Source of the DNA: Nakamurella sp.
GTDB lineage: Bacteria > Actinomycetota > Actinomycetes > Mycobacteriales > Nakamurellaceae
DNA length: 54,995 nucleotides
Reading direction: 5' to 3'
Assembly: GCA_035708025.1 (NCBI GenBank)
Contig: DASSTH010000303.1
Coordinates: 1 to 54,995 of the forward strand
Under the pieces are notes generated by a model that saw only the letters and a program-made list of their open reading frames with translations, did no database searches and had not been told where the DNA came from. This document shows, in pieces, positions 9,387-18,639 of this stretch (its first letter is position 1; every line of letters starts with the position of its first letter). A program made the position numbers and the translations under genes.

Positions 9387-11303
9387 TCAACTGCTTCGTG
9401 CCGTCCGGGATCGGCTGTGTCCTGCGGTCAGGGCGCGCAGGGAGTTGCCGATCGCGGCCAGGTCCACCGCCTCCTGGGTGAGCGCCCCCCACAGCGGCGG
9501 CAGCATGCCGACCGCTGCGACCACCATCAGCCCGACGCTCAGGGCGATCCCGAGCCAGATGCTCTGCAGCGCCACCCGCACGGTCCGCCGCCCGATCGCC
9601 ACGGTGTCGGCCACCGGGTCCAGCCGATCCGGCAGGATCACCACGTCCGCGGACTCGGCGGCGGCGGTGGCGCCCCGGGCGCCCATGGCGACACCGAGGT
9701 CGGCCGCGGCCAGCACCGGCGCATCGTTCACCCCGTCGCCGACCATCATCACCGGTCGCTGCGGTTCGGCCTGCACGATGGCGACCTTGTCCGCAGGCAG
9801 GCACTCGGCGCGCACGTCCGTCACGCCGACCTGACGGGCCACCGCGAGCGCTGTCGGCTCGGCGTCCCCGGTGACCATCAGGGTGTGCCGGATGCCCATT
9901 CGCCGTAGCCGGCCGGTGGTCTGGACCGACTCGGGGCGCGGTGGATCCGCGAGCAGCAGGGCCCCGGCGTACTGGTCGTCCACCCCGATGTGGACCGCAA
10001 GCTCCCCGCCATCGAGGTCGAGTGTGGGCACCGTTGCGCCGGTCTCGGCGACGAACGCCGGCTTACCTACCCGGACCCGGTGCCCGTCGACCGTGGCGCT
10101 GACACCGTGTGTCGCCCACTCTCGCCCACCAGTCACCGGCGGAAGGCCGAGGCCACGGTCGACGGCGGCCTGGGTGACCGACGCCGCCAGGACGTGAGAG
10201 GAGTGCTGCTCGGCGGCTGCCGCCAGCGCCAGCAATCGATCGGCCGGGAACGAACCGGCCGGGAGCACCCGCACCAGGGTGGGCCGTCCGCGAGTCAAGG
10301 TTCCGGTCTTGTCGAATGCCACGGTCTTGACGCGGGACGCAATCTCCAGAGCCGTACCGCTCTTGACGATGATGCCGTGACGGGCGGCCCGGCTCATGCC
10401 GCCCAGGAACGCCGCGGGGGCAGCAATCAGCAGTGGGCACGGCGTGGCCACCACCAGCACGGCGGCGAATCGGGTGGCGCTCCCGGAACCGATCCATGCC
10501 GCCGCTGCGATGGCGTAGGCAATGAGGGTGAACGGTACGGCATACCGATCGGCGAGCCGGACCACCCTGGCCCTGCTCTGGGTGGCCGCCTGAACCAGTT
10601 GGACGATCTGCGCGAACTGACTGTCCGCGGCGGTCGCGGTCGCCCTGATGGTGACTGCGGCGGTGCCGTTGACGGCGCCGCTGAGCACCTGCTCGCCGGT
10701 ACTTCGTTCCACCGGCAGGCTCTCGCCCGTCAACGACGATTCGTCGAAGGTCGCGGCCGCAGACAGCAGTATGCCGTCCACCGGGACCGTCTCCGACGGC
10801 CGGACCAGGACCGTGTCACCCACCCGCACCCGCTCCGCGGGGACGTCTTGGATCGAGGAGCCGCGCACCAGATGGGCGGTTCGGGGGGCAGCGGCCAGCA
10901 GGGCGGTCAGCTCCCGCTGCGCCCGGGCACTCGCGTAGTCCTCCAGCGCGTGCCCCCCGGTGAGCATGAGGACCACCACCATCGCGGCGGCGTACTCGCC
11001 GACGGCCAGTGTGCTGGCGATGGCGGTGACGGCGAGGATGTCGATCCCGGTATGGCCCCGCAGCAGGTCGCGGACCATCCCGGCCGCCAGGCGCAGTCCC
11101 ACAGCGGCGGCGAAGACCAGCACCAACCAATGAGCCTGCCGGTTCCAGCCGGACAGTGCCAAGACGCCGGCCACCGCACCGACGAATATCGTCACCGCCA
11201 GCAAGGGTGAGCGGCGGACCGCCGGCCACCAGCGGGCTGGCGGGGATGCGGCCGTCCGGCCGGCCGGATCCGCCCGGAACGGCGCCCCGGTCGGGGCGGT
11301 CAT
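9387..11303 (-). CDS. Heavy-metal P1B-type ATPase (P1B-5-like)
   Basis: TGES, ATPCP in the metal-binding helix, DKTGT, GDGVND, C-terminal QEAVD (QExxD). Confidence 0.93.
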   Translation of the reverse strand: MTAPTGAPFRADPAGRTAASPPARWWPAVRRSPLLAVTIFVGAVAGVLALSGWNRQAHWLVLVFAAAVGLRLAAGMVRDLLRGHTGIDILAVTAIASTLAVGEYAAAMVVVLMLTGGHALEDYASARAQRELTALLAAAPRTAHLVRGSSIQDVPAERVRVGDTVLVRPSETVPVDGILLSAAATFDESSLTGESLPVERSTGEQVLSGAVNGTAAVTIRATATAADSQFAQIVQLVQAATQSRARVVRLADRYAVPFTLIAYAIAAAAWIGSGSATRFAAVLVVATPCPLLIAAPAAFLGGMSRAARHGIIVKSGTALEIASRVKTVAFDKTGTLTRGRPTLVRVLPAGSFPADRLLALAAAAEQHSSHVLAASVTQAAVDRGLGLPPVTGGREWATHGVSATVDGHRVRVGKPAFVAETGATVPTLDLDGGELAVHIGVDDQYAGALLLADPPRPESVQTTGRLRRMGIRHTLMVTGDAEPTALAVARQVGVTDVRAECLPADKVAIVQAEPQRPVMMVGDGVNDAPVLAAADLGVAMGARGATAAAESADVVILPDRLDPVADTVAIGRRTVRVALQSIWLGIALSVGLMVVAAVGMLPPLWGALTQEAVDLAAIGNSLRALTAGHSRSRTARSS

Positions 11304-11410
11304 GGTATGTCCCTTCTGGAGTATCGGACGGTCACTGCCCAATTGAGATCGTCCATCGCCACCATAGGCATTCCTGCCAGGCGATCGGCATGGCGTGTGT
11401 CCCACTCGGT

Positions 11411-11427
11411 GAGGACTTTCGGCCCTG
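11411..11427. promoter_or_regulatory. DosR-box-like palindrome between divergent P1B ATPase and USP genes
   Basis: GAGGACTTTCGGCCCTG. Confidence 0.6.
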
Positions 11428-11491
11428 CTGTCTCGCGCCCCGGGTTGTGTTGGCTGGTGCCCAGGAATTGACTGGAACGGGACGGAGGATC

Positions 11492-12397
11492 ATGACGATG
11501 AGTACGCCGGTGGCGCCGATGGCCGTGGTGGCGGGTGTGGACGGCTCCGCGGACGGCATTCGAGCGGTGCGCTGGGCCGCACGGGCCGCGGTCCGCACCG
11601 GCGTGCCGCTGCGGCTGGTGCACGCCACCCCGGCCTTGCCGCCCAGCCCCTTCCCGGTGTCGTCGCAGTACATCGACCTGCTGCGGAAGGTGGCACGGGA
11701 GGACGGAGAGCGCTTCCTGGCCGACGCCAGGGCAGCCGCCATGGAGGTGGCCCCGGATCTGGACATCGGCGCCAGGCAGCAGGTCGGCGGCCCCGTCGAG
11801 ATACTCGGCCGGGCATCGGCATCGGCCACCATGGTGGCCGTCGGCGCTACGGGCCGGAGCGGTCTGGCCGAGCTGCTGGTCGGTTCCACGGCGTTGGAAT
11901 TGCCACCGCGTTCGCACGCCCCCGTCGTCATCGTGCGTCCCCGGGCGGACGGTACGACAGCCGACAGCGGCCCGGTGGTCGTGGGGGTGGCCGGGTCGAT
12001 CATGGATGATCCCGCGGTGCAGTTCGCCTTCGAGCAGGCGTCCCTGTTGGGGGTGGAACTGGTCGCGGTGCACACCTGGAGCGACTCGCCGCTTCCGGAC
12101 CTGGACCGGATGACCGGACTCCGGGACGACTGGGATGCGATTTTCGAACGCGAGCGTCGACTGCTCGCCGAACGGCTGGCCGGATATGCCGAACGCTATC
12201 CCGATGTGATGGTTGAGTCGGTGGTGACGTTCGACGGACCCGCCCGTGCGCTGCTCACGCAGGCGCACAGCGCGCAGTTGTTGGTGGTCGGCACGCGCGG
12301 CCGCGGGATCCTGGCCGGCACCATGCTGGGATCCACCAGCCGGGCGGCGATCAAGTTGAGCGTGTGCCCGGTCGCCGTCATCCGCCACTACGCCTGA
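11492..12397 (+). CDS. Tandem-domain universal stress protein (Rv2623-like), copy 1
   Basis: VVAGVDGS...AVRWAA; GTRGRGILAGTMLGSTS ATP-binding motif; GGAGG RBS. Confidence 0.93.
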   Translation: MTMSTPVAPMAVVAGVDGSADGIRAVRWAARAAVRTGVPLRLVHATPALPPSPFPVSSQYIDLLRKVAREDGERFLADARAAAMEVAPDLDIGARQQVGGPVEILGRASASATMVAVGATGRSGLAELLVGSTALELPPRSHAPVVIVRPRADGTTADSGPVVVGVAGSIMDDPAVQFAFEQASLLGVELVAVHTWSDSPLPDLDRMTGLRDDWDAIFERERRLLAERLAGYAERYPDVMVESVVTFDGPARALLTQAHSAQLLVVGTRGRGILAGTMLGSTSRAAIKLSVCPVAVIRHYA

Positions 12398-12414
12398 GCG
12401 CACCGCGGGGTCCG

Positions 12415-12894
12415 ATGATGGAACGATCGTTCTCCCTACCGTCGATCAGGGCCGTTCAGCCGGCACAGGAGCCAGACCGGACAGTGGTGAAGGCGCTCAC
12501 CGACGAGTTGATGGGTCGGGTCACCGGGGTGCGACGGGCCGAGGTGCGGGCGCAAGTTGTTGCCGCGCTGCGAGACTTGCGGGGCTCGGTGTCGTTCGAA
12601 TCAATAGCAGAAATGGCCGTTCGGCTGGCTGAACACCGATTGTGTTCGAAGGCGAGTGCGGACCCTTTCCAGGCCTCGGTGGACGGTCGTGCCGACCCGG
12701 CGTCAGCATCGGCAACGCCGGATGGGACCGAGGGTGGTGGCGCGGTGTGGCTTTCGGACCAGCGCGGCGCCGCTGCAGCCGGCACGACGCGCAATCAAGG
12801 AACCCTGGGGCGTGCGAAATACCCGGCGATCAGAGATGACGACCACCAGTATCGGCCCTACCGCCGGACCGGCCAGCACTCAACCCGGTCCTAA
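12415..12894 (+). CDS. Hypothetical protein with a small helical-bundle-like core
   Basis: ALTDELMGR...EVRAQVVAALRDLRGSVSFESIAEMAVRLAEHRL looks protein-like; the tail overlapping the next gene is doubtful. Confidence 0.45.
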   Translation: MMERSFSLPSIRAVQPAQEPDRTVVKALTDELMGRVTGVRRAEVRAQVVAALRDLRGSVSFESIAEMAVRLAEHRLCSKASADPFQASVDGRADPASASATPDGTEGGGAVWLSDQRGAAAAGTTRNQGTLGRAKYPAIRDDDHQYRPYRRTGQHSTRS

Positions 12895-15586
12895 CCCGCG
12901 GGAACCTATCGCGCGGTTGTTGCGCGACCTGCGCTCTGGACCTCGCGGGCTGAGCAGCGCCGAGGCCGATCGTCGGTTGCGTACGGTGGGACCCAACGAG
13001 TTGGTCCGGTCGGCTGCTTCCCCCTGGTGGCGAGAGCTCATCGTCCAGGTGATACACCCATTGGCATTGCTGCTGTGGTTGGCCGCTGCGCTCGCCGCGG
13101 TCTCCGGATCGGGCACCCTGGCGATCGCCATTGTGGTGGTGATCCTGCTCAATGCCGCCTTCGCCTTCTGGCAGGAGAGCCAGGCGGAAAGGGCCGTCGA
13201 AGCGCTCCGCGCATATCTGCCCAACGAGGTCTGGACCTTTCGGGACGGCATCGTCCGGCGAACGCCGGTACGGGTGTTGGTGCCCGGCGACGTGGTGATG
13301 CTGGAAGAGGGACAGCAGGTTCCGGCCGACCTGCGCATGGTCACCGGCGCGGTGGAGGTCGACAACTCGGCGCTCACCGGCGAGTCGATCCCGGTGCTGC
13401 GCAGCGCCGACGCCACCGACGATGCCGATTGGATGCTGGACTCGCCGGTGTTGGTGTTCAGCGGCACGGCCATTATCAGCGGATCCGGCGAGGGCGTGGT
13501 GTTCGCCAGCGGCGCCCACACCGAACTGGGCCGGATCGCGGCGCTGTCGCAGCGCCTCCGTCCCGAGACCAGCCCCTTGGAACTCCAGGTACGACGCGTT
13601 GCGTGGATGATCGCGGCGGTGGCCGTTGGCGTCGGGATTGCCTTCCTGCCGGTCGGCCTGCTCGCCGGGCTGAGCCTGTCCGCGGCCGCCACGTTCGCCA
13701 TCGGACTACTGGTCGCCAACGTTCCGGAGGGCCTGCTGCCGACGATCACCCTCGCGCTGGCGACCGGGGTCCGAGCCATGGCCGCGCGCGGTGCTGTCGT
13801 CAAACGTCTCTCGGCCGTGGAGACCCTCGGCTCCACCACCACCATCTGCACAGACAAGACGGGCACCCTCACCGCGAACGAGTTGACCGCCGACGCCGTC
13901 GCGGTCACCGACGAGGTGCCCGACGATTCGCCGATCAGGACGGCGGTCGCCCGGGTGGCCGTGCGTTGCACCACCGCCGACCTGGCCAGCGCGGAGGGCG
14001 ACCCGACGGAGATTGCCTTGCTGGAGATGGCTCGACGCTCCGGAATCGTGTTGGACGCCGGGGAGCGTGATGCCGCCAGATGGGTGGTGCACCCCTTCGA
14101 GGCGCGGTTTCGCAGGATGACGACGGTCGATCGGATCGACGGTCGTTACATCGTTTCGGTCAAGGGTGCTCCCGAGGAGGTCCTGCCCAGGTGCATCGAG
14201 GCGCTGAGCGAGGATGGCACGCCCGTGGTGCTCGGCGATGGCCTGCGCCGCCGGGTCGAACTGGCTGCCGGAAGGCTGGCCGATCGGGGCCTTCGGGTGC
14301 TGGCGATCGCCACCTGTGACTGGGGACCGGCGCTGACCACCGAGATCCCTCCGCCGGATCGTGTGTACATCGAACGCGACCTGTGCCTTGTCGGCTTGGT
14401 GGGTCTCGCCGACCGCGTGCGCCCCGGTGTCGGGCAGGCGGTCGCTACCTGCCACGCCGCCGGAATCCGCATTCACATGATCACCGGCGACCACGCCGCG
14501 ACCGCCGCGGAGATCGCCCGTCAGGTCGGCATCGAGGTACGCGGCGTCGTCGATTGCGCTGCCGACGAGGTGTCGGCGGGCGAACTGGCCGAACTGCTCA
14601 CGGGCAAGGGCGAATTGGTGTTCTCCCGAGCCACACCGGAGACCAAACTGCGTATCGCCGATGCGCTGCACCAATCCGGGCAGATCGTGGCGATGACCGG
14701 CGACGGCGTCAACGATGCCCCGGCACTGCGGAAGGCCGACATCGGCGTGGCGATGGGTGCCAAGGGCACGGACGTCGCTCGCGAGGCAGCGGCCGTGGTA
14801 CTGACCGACGACAACTTCGCCACGTTGACGGCGGGAGTCGAAGAGGGCAGGCGGGTCTTCGACAACGTCCGCAAGTTCGTGCTGTACATCTTCGCTCATG
14901 CCGTGCCGGAGATCGCGCCGTTCCTGGTCTTCGCCCTGTCCGGCGGAGTCATCCCCTTGCCGTTGACCGTGCTGCAGATCCTGGCGATCGATCTGGGCAC
15001 CGAAACGCTCCCGGCACTAGCCCTGGGCCGGGAGCCTGCCGAGCCGGGTCTGATGGAACGTCCACCGCGATCCCGACGCGAGGGCGTCATCACTGGGCGC
15101 CTGCTTGTGCGCGCCTGGGGGGTGATGGGCCTGCTGTCTGCGGTGCTGGTTCTGATGATCTTCCTATTGGTTCTGTGGCGGGCCGGTTGGCACCCGGGAG
15201 CGCCGGTGGGGCCCGGAACTGCGCTTGACCTGGCCTACCGGCAAGCGACGACAGCCACATTCGCGGGCATCGTCGCGTGCCAGGTCGGCACCGCTTTCGC
15301 CGCTCGCACGGAGCGGACGTCCCTGCGTTCGATCGGGCTGAGCAGCAACCGGCTGCTGCTGTGGGCCATCCTGGGCGAACTCGTCTTCACCGCCGTGGTG
15401 GTGTACTTCCCACCGGCGCAGCGCGTCTTCGGCACCGCAGCGTTGCCGGGCTGGGTGGTCCTGCTGCTGCTGCCGTTCCCCGCCATCGTGTGGTCGGCGG
15501 ACGAGGCACTGCGGGCCGCATACCGGAAGTCTATGGACGCCAGCGGTTCCGGCCAGGTCCAAGGACCCTGTCCCACCCCCCGCTGA
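12836..15586 (+). CDS. Cation-transporting P-type ATPase (P2 type, P2C/Na,K-ATPase-like motifs)
   Basis: GLSSAEA, TGES, VANVPEGLL, CTDKTGTLT, KGAPE, GDGVNDAPAL, ILAIDLGTE. Confidence 0.93.
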   Translation: MTTTSIGPTAGPASTQPGPNPREPIARLLRDLRSGPRGLSSAEADRRLRTVGPNELVRSAASPWWRELIVQVIHPLALLLWLAAALAAVSGSGTLAIAIVVVILLNAAFAFWQESQAERAVEALRAYLPNEVWTFRDGIVRRTPVRVLVPGDVVMLEEGQQVPADLRMVTGAVEVDNSALTGESIPVLRSADATDDADWMLDSPVLVFSGTAIISGSGEGVVFASGAHTELGRIAALSQRLRPETSPLELQVRRVAWMIAAVAVGVGIAFLPVGLLAGLSLSAAATFAIGLLVANVPEGLLPTITLALATGVRAMAARGAVVKRLSAVETLGSTTTICTDKTGTLTANELTADAVAVTDEVPDDSPIRTAVARVAVRCTTADLASAEGDPTEIALLEMARRSGIVLDAGERDAARWVVHPFEARFRRMTTVDRIDGRYIVSVKGAPEEVLPRCIEALSEDGTPVVLGDGLRRRVELAAGRLADRGLRVLAIATCDWGPALTTEIPPPDRVYIERDLCLVGLVGLADRVRPGVGQAVATCHAAGIRIHMITGDHAATAAEIARQVGIEVRGVVDCAADEVSAGELAELLTGKGELVFSRATPETKLRIADALHQSGQIVAMTGDGVNDAPALRKADIGVAMGAKGTDVAREAAAVVLTDDNFATLTAGVEEGRRVFDNVRKFVLYIFAHAVPEIAPFLVFALSGGVIPLPLTVLQILAIDLGTETLPALALGREPAEPGLMERPPRSRREGVITGRLLVRAWGVMGLLSAVLVLMIFLLVLWRAGWHPGAPVGPGTALDLAYRQATTATFAGIVACQVGTAFAARTERTSLRSIGLSSNRLLLWAILGELVFTAVVVYFPPAQRVFGTAALPGWVVLLLLPFPAIVWSADEALRAAYRKSMDASGSGQVQGPCPTPR
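15554..15570. promoter_or_regulatory. DosR-box-like palindrome upstream of the DUF1876 gene
   Basis: CAGGTCCAAGGACCCTG, within the 3' end of the ATPase gene. Confidence 0.45.
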
Positions 15587-15623
15587 GCGGACAGCATGTC
15601 AGGTGAGACCTAAGGAGGCCGAC

Positions 15624-15896
15624 ATGGAGCACATCGACGAGTGGGTCGTGCGCGTGTACCTGTTCGAGCACGACGACCACACCTCGGCGCGGGCCGTTCT
15701 CACCATCGGCGCGAACACCTTGGAGACCGAAGGGCGAGCTCAGGTCAATCCACCTGACATCGCCGTGCCGGAGATCAACGACGAGTTGGCCGCAGGTCGC
15801 GCGCTGGCGCGGTTGGCAGGACAACTCTTGCGCGCCGGCGAGGTGGACATTGAGGCGCTGATCAAGTCGCGGCCGATCGACCCCGTCACGCGCTGA
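15624..15896 (+). CDS. DUF1876 (Rv2632c-like, dsRBD-fold) protein
   Basis: WVVRVYLFEHDDHTSARAVL...DIAVPEINDELAAGRALARLAGQLL; AAGGAGG RBS. Confidence 0.85.
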   Translation: MEHIDEWVVRVYLFEHDDHTSARAVLTIGANTLETEGRAQVNPPDIAVPEINDELAAGRALARLAGQLLRAGEVDIEALIKSRPIDPVTR

Positions 15897-15905
15897 ATCG
15901 CAGGA

Positions 15906-15936
15906 GCGCCACCCCGGTGTTCAGCCGGGGTGGCGC
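15906..15936. terminator. GC-rich hairpin between convergent DUF1876 and ppsA genes
   Basis: Perfect 12-bp inverted repeat GCGCCACCCCGG-7nt-CCGGGGTGGCGC. Confidence 0.65.
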
Positions 15937-16075
15937 GTCTCGCCGCGGCCACGGAGCCGCAAAGTCGTTGCCCGGCGCATCACTGTGCCGCGAATGGGCG
16001 ACGCGGTTCTCGCATCGGGTCGCGGCTGCGTGGCTCCCCTGTCGCCGTGAGTCACGTCCACCGGAACGACGCCAG

Positions 16076-18430
16076 TCAGCCCGCGGGCCGCGCTGCGACC
16101 GGCATCTCCCGCAGGCTGTTCCAGCGGAACGTGCTGCCGTCGGCCTGACGGTGGCCGTCCGTTGGAAGGTCGAGCGGACGAGGCTGTCGGGAGGCCTCGA
16201 GCATGATCCGGCGCTCGGCGGCGCCCACGCTGGTCCGCACGGCGTCCACCGCGTCCGGGTTGACGGAGACGGACGTGATGCCGGAGCGGACGAGGTGTTC
16301 GGCGAACTCCGGATGGTTGGACGGCGCCTGGCCGCACAGCGATGAGGTGATCCCCGCGTGCCGGCAGGAACGGATGATGCGGTCGATCGCGTCCAGCACG
16401 GCTGGGTCGCTCTCGTTGAACAGCGGTGCGCAGGTCTCCGAGTCGCGATCCACCCCAAGGATGAGCTGCGTGAGATCGTTGCTGCCGATGGAAACTCCGG
16501 TGATGCCCATGCGCGCGTAGCTGGGGATCCAGTACGTGACGGACGGGACCTCGGCCATCACCCACACCGGCATCCGGGACGCCGTGGGGTGCTGATGGAC
16601 GATGTCCATACAGGCTTGCAGTTCCCACGCGGTGCGGACGAACGGAATCATCAGTACCAGGTTCGACGTCCGCGACGTGACGGCCCCGAGCACATCCAGT
16701 TCGAGTTGGAACAGATCGGGCCGGTCGATGTACCGGTAGCATCCGCGGTACCCGATCATGGGGTTTTCCTCGGCCGGCTCGTACCGGTCGCCGCCTTCCA
16801 GGTCGCGGAACTCGTTGGACCGGAAGTCGATGCTGCGATAGACCACCGGACGGGGGGCGAATGCCTCGGCGATCGTGGACAGTGACGACGCCATTCCGTC
16901 GACGAACTTCTGCTGCTCGCCGCGTTCCAGGAGAAGCCGCGGGTGTACCCCGCTCAGTGCGTCGGCCACCATGAACTCGGCTCGCAGCAACCCCACGCCG
17001 TCCACCGCCATGGCGGCGGCCTGAGCGGCGTGCTCGGGAACGGCGAGATTGACGTACAGCCGGGTCCCCAGCGTCTCGTGGTGCACGGCACCGCTCGCCG
17101 GCGGCGGCACCGACGTTGCCGCGGGCTGGCTGGAGGTTGACGCGCCCTCGGTGACTTCACCGCGGGCGCCGTCCACGGTCACCAGTTCTCCCTCGCGGAG
17201 CACGGAGGTCGCGGTTCGGGTGCCGACCACGCATGGCACCCTAAGTTCCCGGGAGACGATCGCCGCGTGACAGCAGACGCCTCCACCGTCGGTCACCAGG
17301 GCGGCTGCTCGCTTCATGGCCGGAACCCATTCCGGGCTGGTCATCGGCGCAACCAGGATCTCGCCAGGCTGCAGCCGGTCGGCATCACTGGGTGAGTGCA
17401 GCACGCGGACCCTGCCTGAGGCCGATCCGGGCGACGCGCCGAGTCCGCGCGCGATCACCGTTCCGGCCGCTGGTCGGGCGTCCCCGCCCATGCTGGTGAT
17501 GGGTCGGGACTGCACCAGCCAGATCGTGGAATCCGCTTCGGCCCATTCGATGTCCTGGGGCTTGCCGTAGTGATTCTCTACGGTGATTCCCCAGCGCGCG
17601 AGATCCAGGATCTCATCCCGGGACAGCACCTGCGCGGCCGATTCCTGTTGATCGAGGGCAGACACGGTGTCCCGTCCGGACGCCGCGCGGGTGATCTTGA
17701 ACTTCTGTAGCCCCACCCTGGTGCTGAGGACCCGCAGCGGGTCCTTGGCGACGACGTAGGTGTCCGGCTCCACCATCCCGCTGACGATCGCCTCACCCTG
17801 GCCGAGGATCGCCTCGATGACCAGGTGTTCCCGGTTGCCGGTCGAAGGATCGACTGTGAAGATGATTCCGGACCGTTGTGACGGAATCATCTGCTGCACG
17901 ATCACCGCCAGCGCCGGCTCCTCGTCAATGCTCTCCGCGGCCCGATAGGCCATCGCGCGGGCGGTGTACAAGGACGCCCAGCAGTCGACGATGCGTCGCA
18001 GCAGGTCGGATTCGCCCGTCACATTGGTGAAGGTGGCGTTCATCCCGGCGAACGAGGTTGAGGTGGAGTCCTCTGCGGTCCCCGACGAGCGCACGGCGAC
18101 GGTGACGTCGCGTCCGAGCGATCGGTAGGCCGTCAGCACCGCGTCCCGGATGTCCTGGGGCAGGATCACTCCGCGGATCAGTTCCCGTGCATGCTCTGCC
18201 GCGCTGGTCAGGGCCGCGTCATCGTCGGCCCGGACGTTCCGCTGCGCGTTCCGGAGGGTGTCCCGGATTCCGGCCCCCTCGATGGCGGCCAGATAGGCCC
18301 CGCTGGTGACCACGAAGCCGGGCGGTACCGGAAGGTTGGCGCCGGTGAGCTCGCCGAGGTTGGCTCCCTTACCACCGGCGATCGCCACGTCTTCGATGCC
18401 GAGGTCCTTGAACCAGACGATGGTCTCCAT
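16076..18430 (-). CDS. ppsA: Phosphoenolpyruvate synthase (pyruvate, water dikinase)
   Basis: [38 protein letters not shown] phospho-His, [25 protein letters not shown]. Confidence 0.95.
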   Translation of the reverse strand: METIVWFKDLGIEDVAIAGGKGANLGELTGANLPVPPGFVVTSGAYLAAIEGAGIRDTLRNAQRNVRADDDAALTSAAEHARELIRGVILPQDIRDAVLTAYRSLGRDVTVAVRSSGTAEDSTSTSFAGMNATFTNVTGESDLLRRIVDCWASLYTARAMAYRAAESIDEEPALAVIVQQMIPSQRSGIIFTVDPSTGNREHLVIEAILGQGEAIVSGMVEPDTYVVAKDPLRVLSTRVGLQKFKITRAASGRDTVSALDQQESAAQVLSRDEILDLARWGITVENHYGKPQDIEWAEADSTIWLVQSRPITSMGGDARPAAGTVIARGLGASPGSASGRVRVLHSPSDADRLQPGEILVAPMTSPEWVPAMKRAAALVTDGGGVCCHAAIVSRELRVPCVVGTRTATSVLREGELVTVDGARGEVTEGASTSSQPAATSVPPPASGAVHHETLGTRLYVNLAVPEHAAQAAAMAVDGVGLLRAEFMVADALSGVHPRLLLERGEQQKFVDGMASSLSTIAEAFAPRPVVYRSIDFRSNEFRDLEGGDRYEPAEENPMIGYRGCYRYIDRPDLFQLELDVLGAVTSRTSNLVLMIPFVRTAWELQACMDIVHQHPTASRMPVWVMAEVPSVTYWIPSYARMGITGVSIGSNDLTQLILGVDRDSETCAPLFNESDPAVLDAIDRIIRSCRHAGITSSLCGQAPSNHPEFAEHLVRSGITSVSVNPDAVDAVRTSVGAAERRIMLEASRQPRPLDLPTDGHRQADGSTFRWNSLREMPVAARPAG

Positions 18431-18509
18431 GGCAGTGACCTCCCGGTCGTATGTGCCGCTAGTTCAGGCTGGACGCCTCGACTGTTCGCCTGCCCACCGC
18501 ACGCGGACA

Positions 18510-18524
18510 GGGGCCAAAGTCCCC
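18510..18524. promoter_or_regulatory. DosR-box-like palindrome upstream of ppsA
   Basis: GGGGCCAAAGTCCCC. Confidence 0.6.
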
Positions 18525-18597
18525 GACCTCGAGTTGACCGCACCGCTCGCCGCGGAATGGCGCCAGAATCGGCAGCACACAGTTCACTCAACGCAAT

Positions 18598-18613
18598 GAG
18601 GTCCAACGTCCCT
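18598..18613. promoter_or_regulatory. DosR-box-like palindrome upstream of the HAD/P-loop gene
   Basis: GAGGTCCAACGTCCCT. Confidence 0.45.
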
Positions 18614-18639
18614 GGAACGGGGCCCGCGATGGCGATGGG

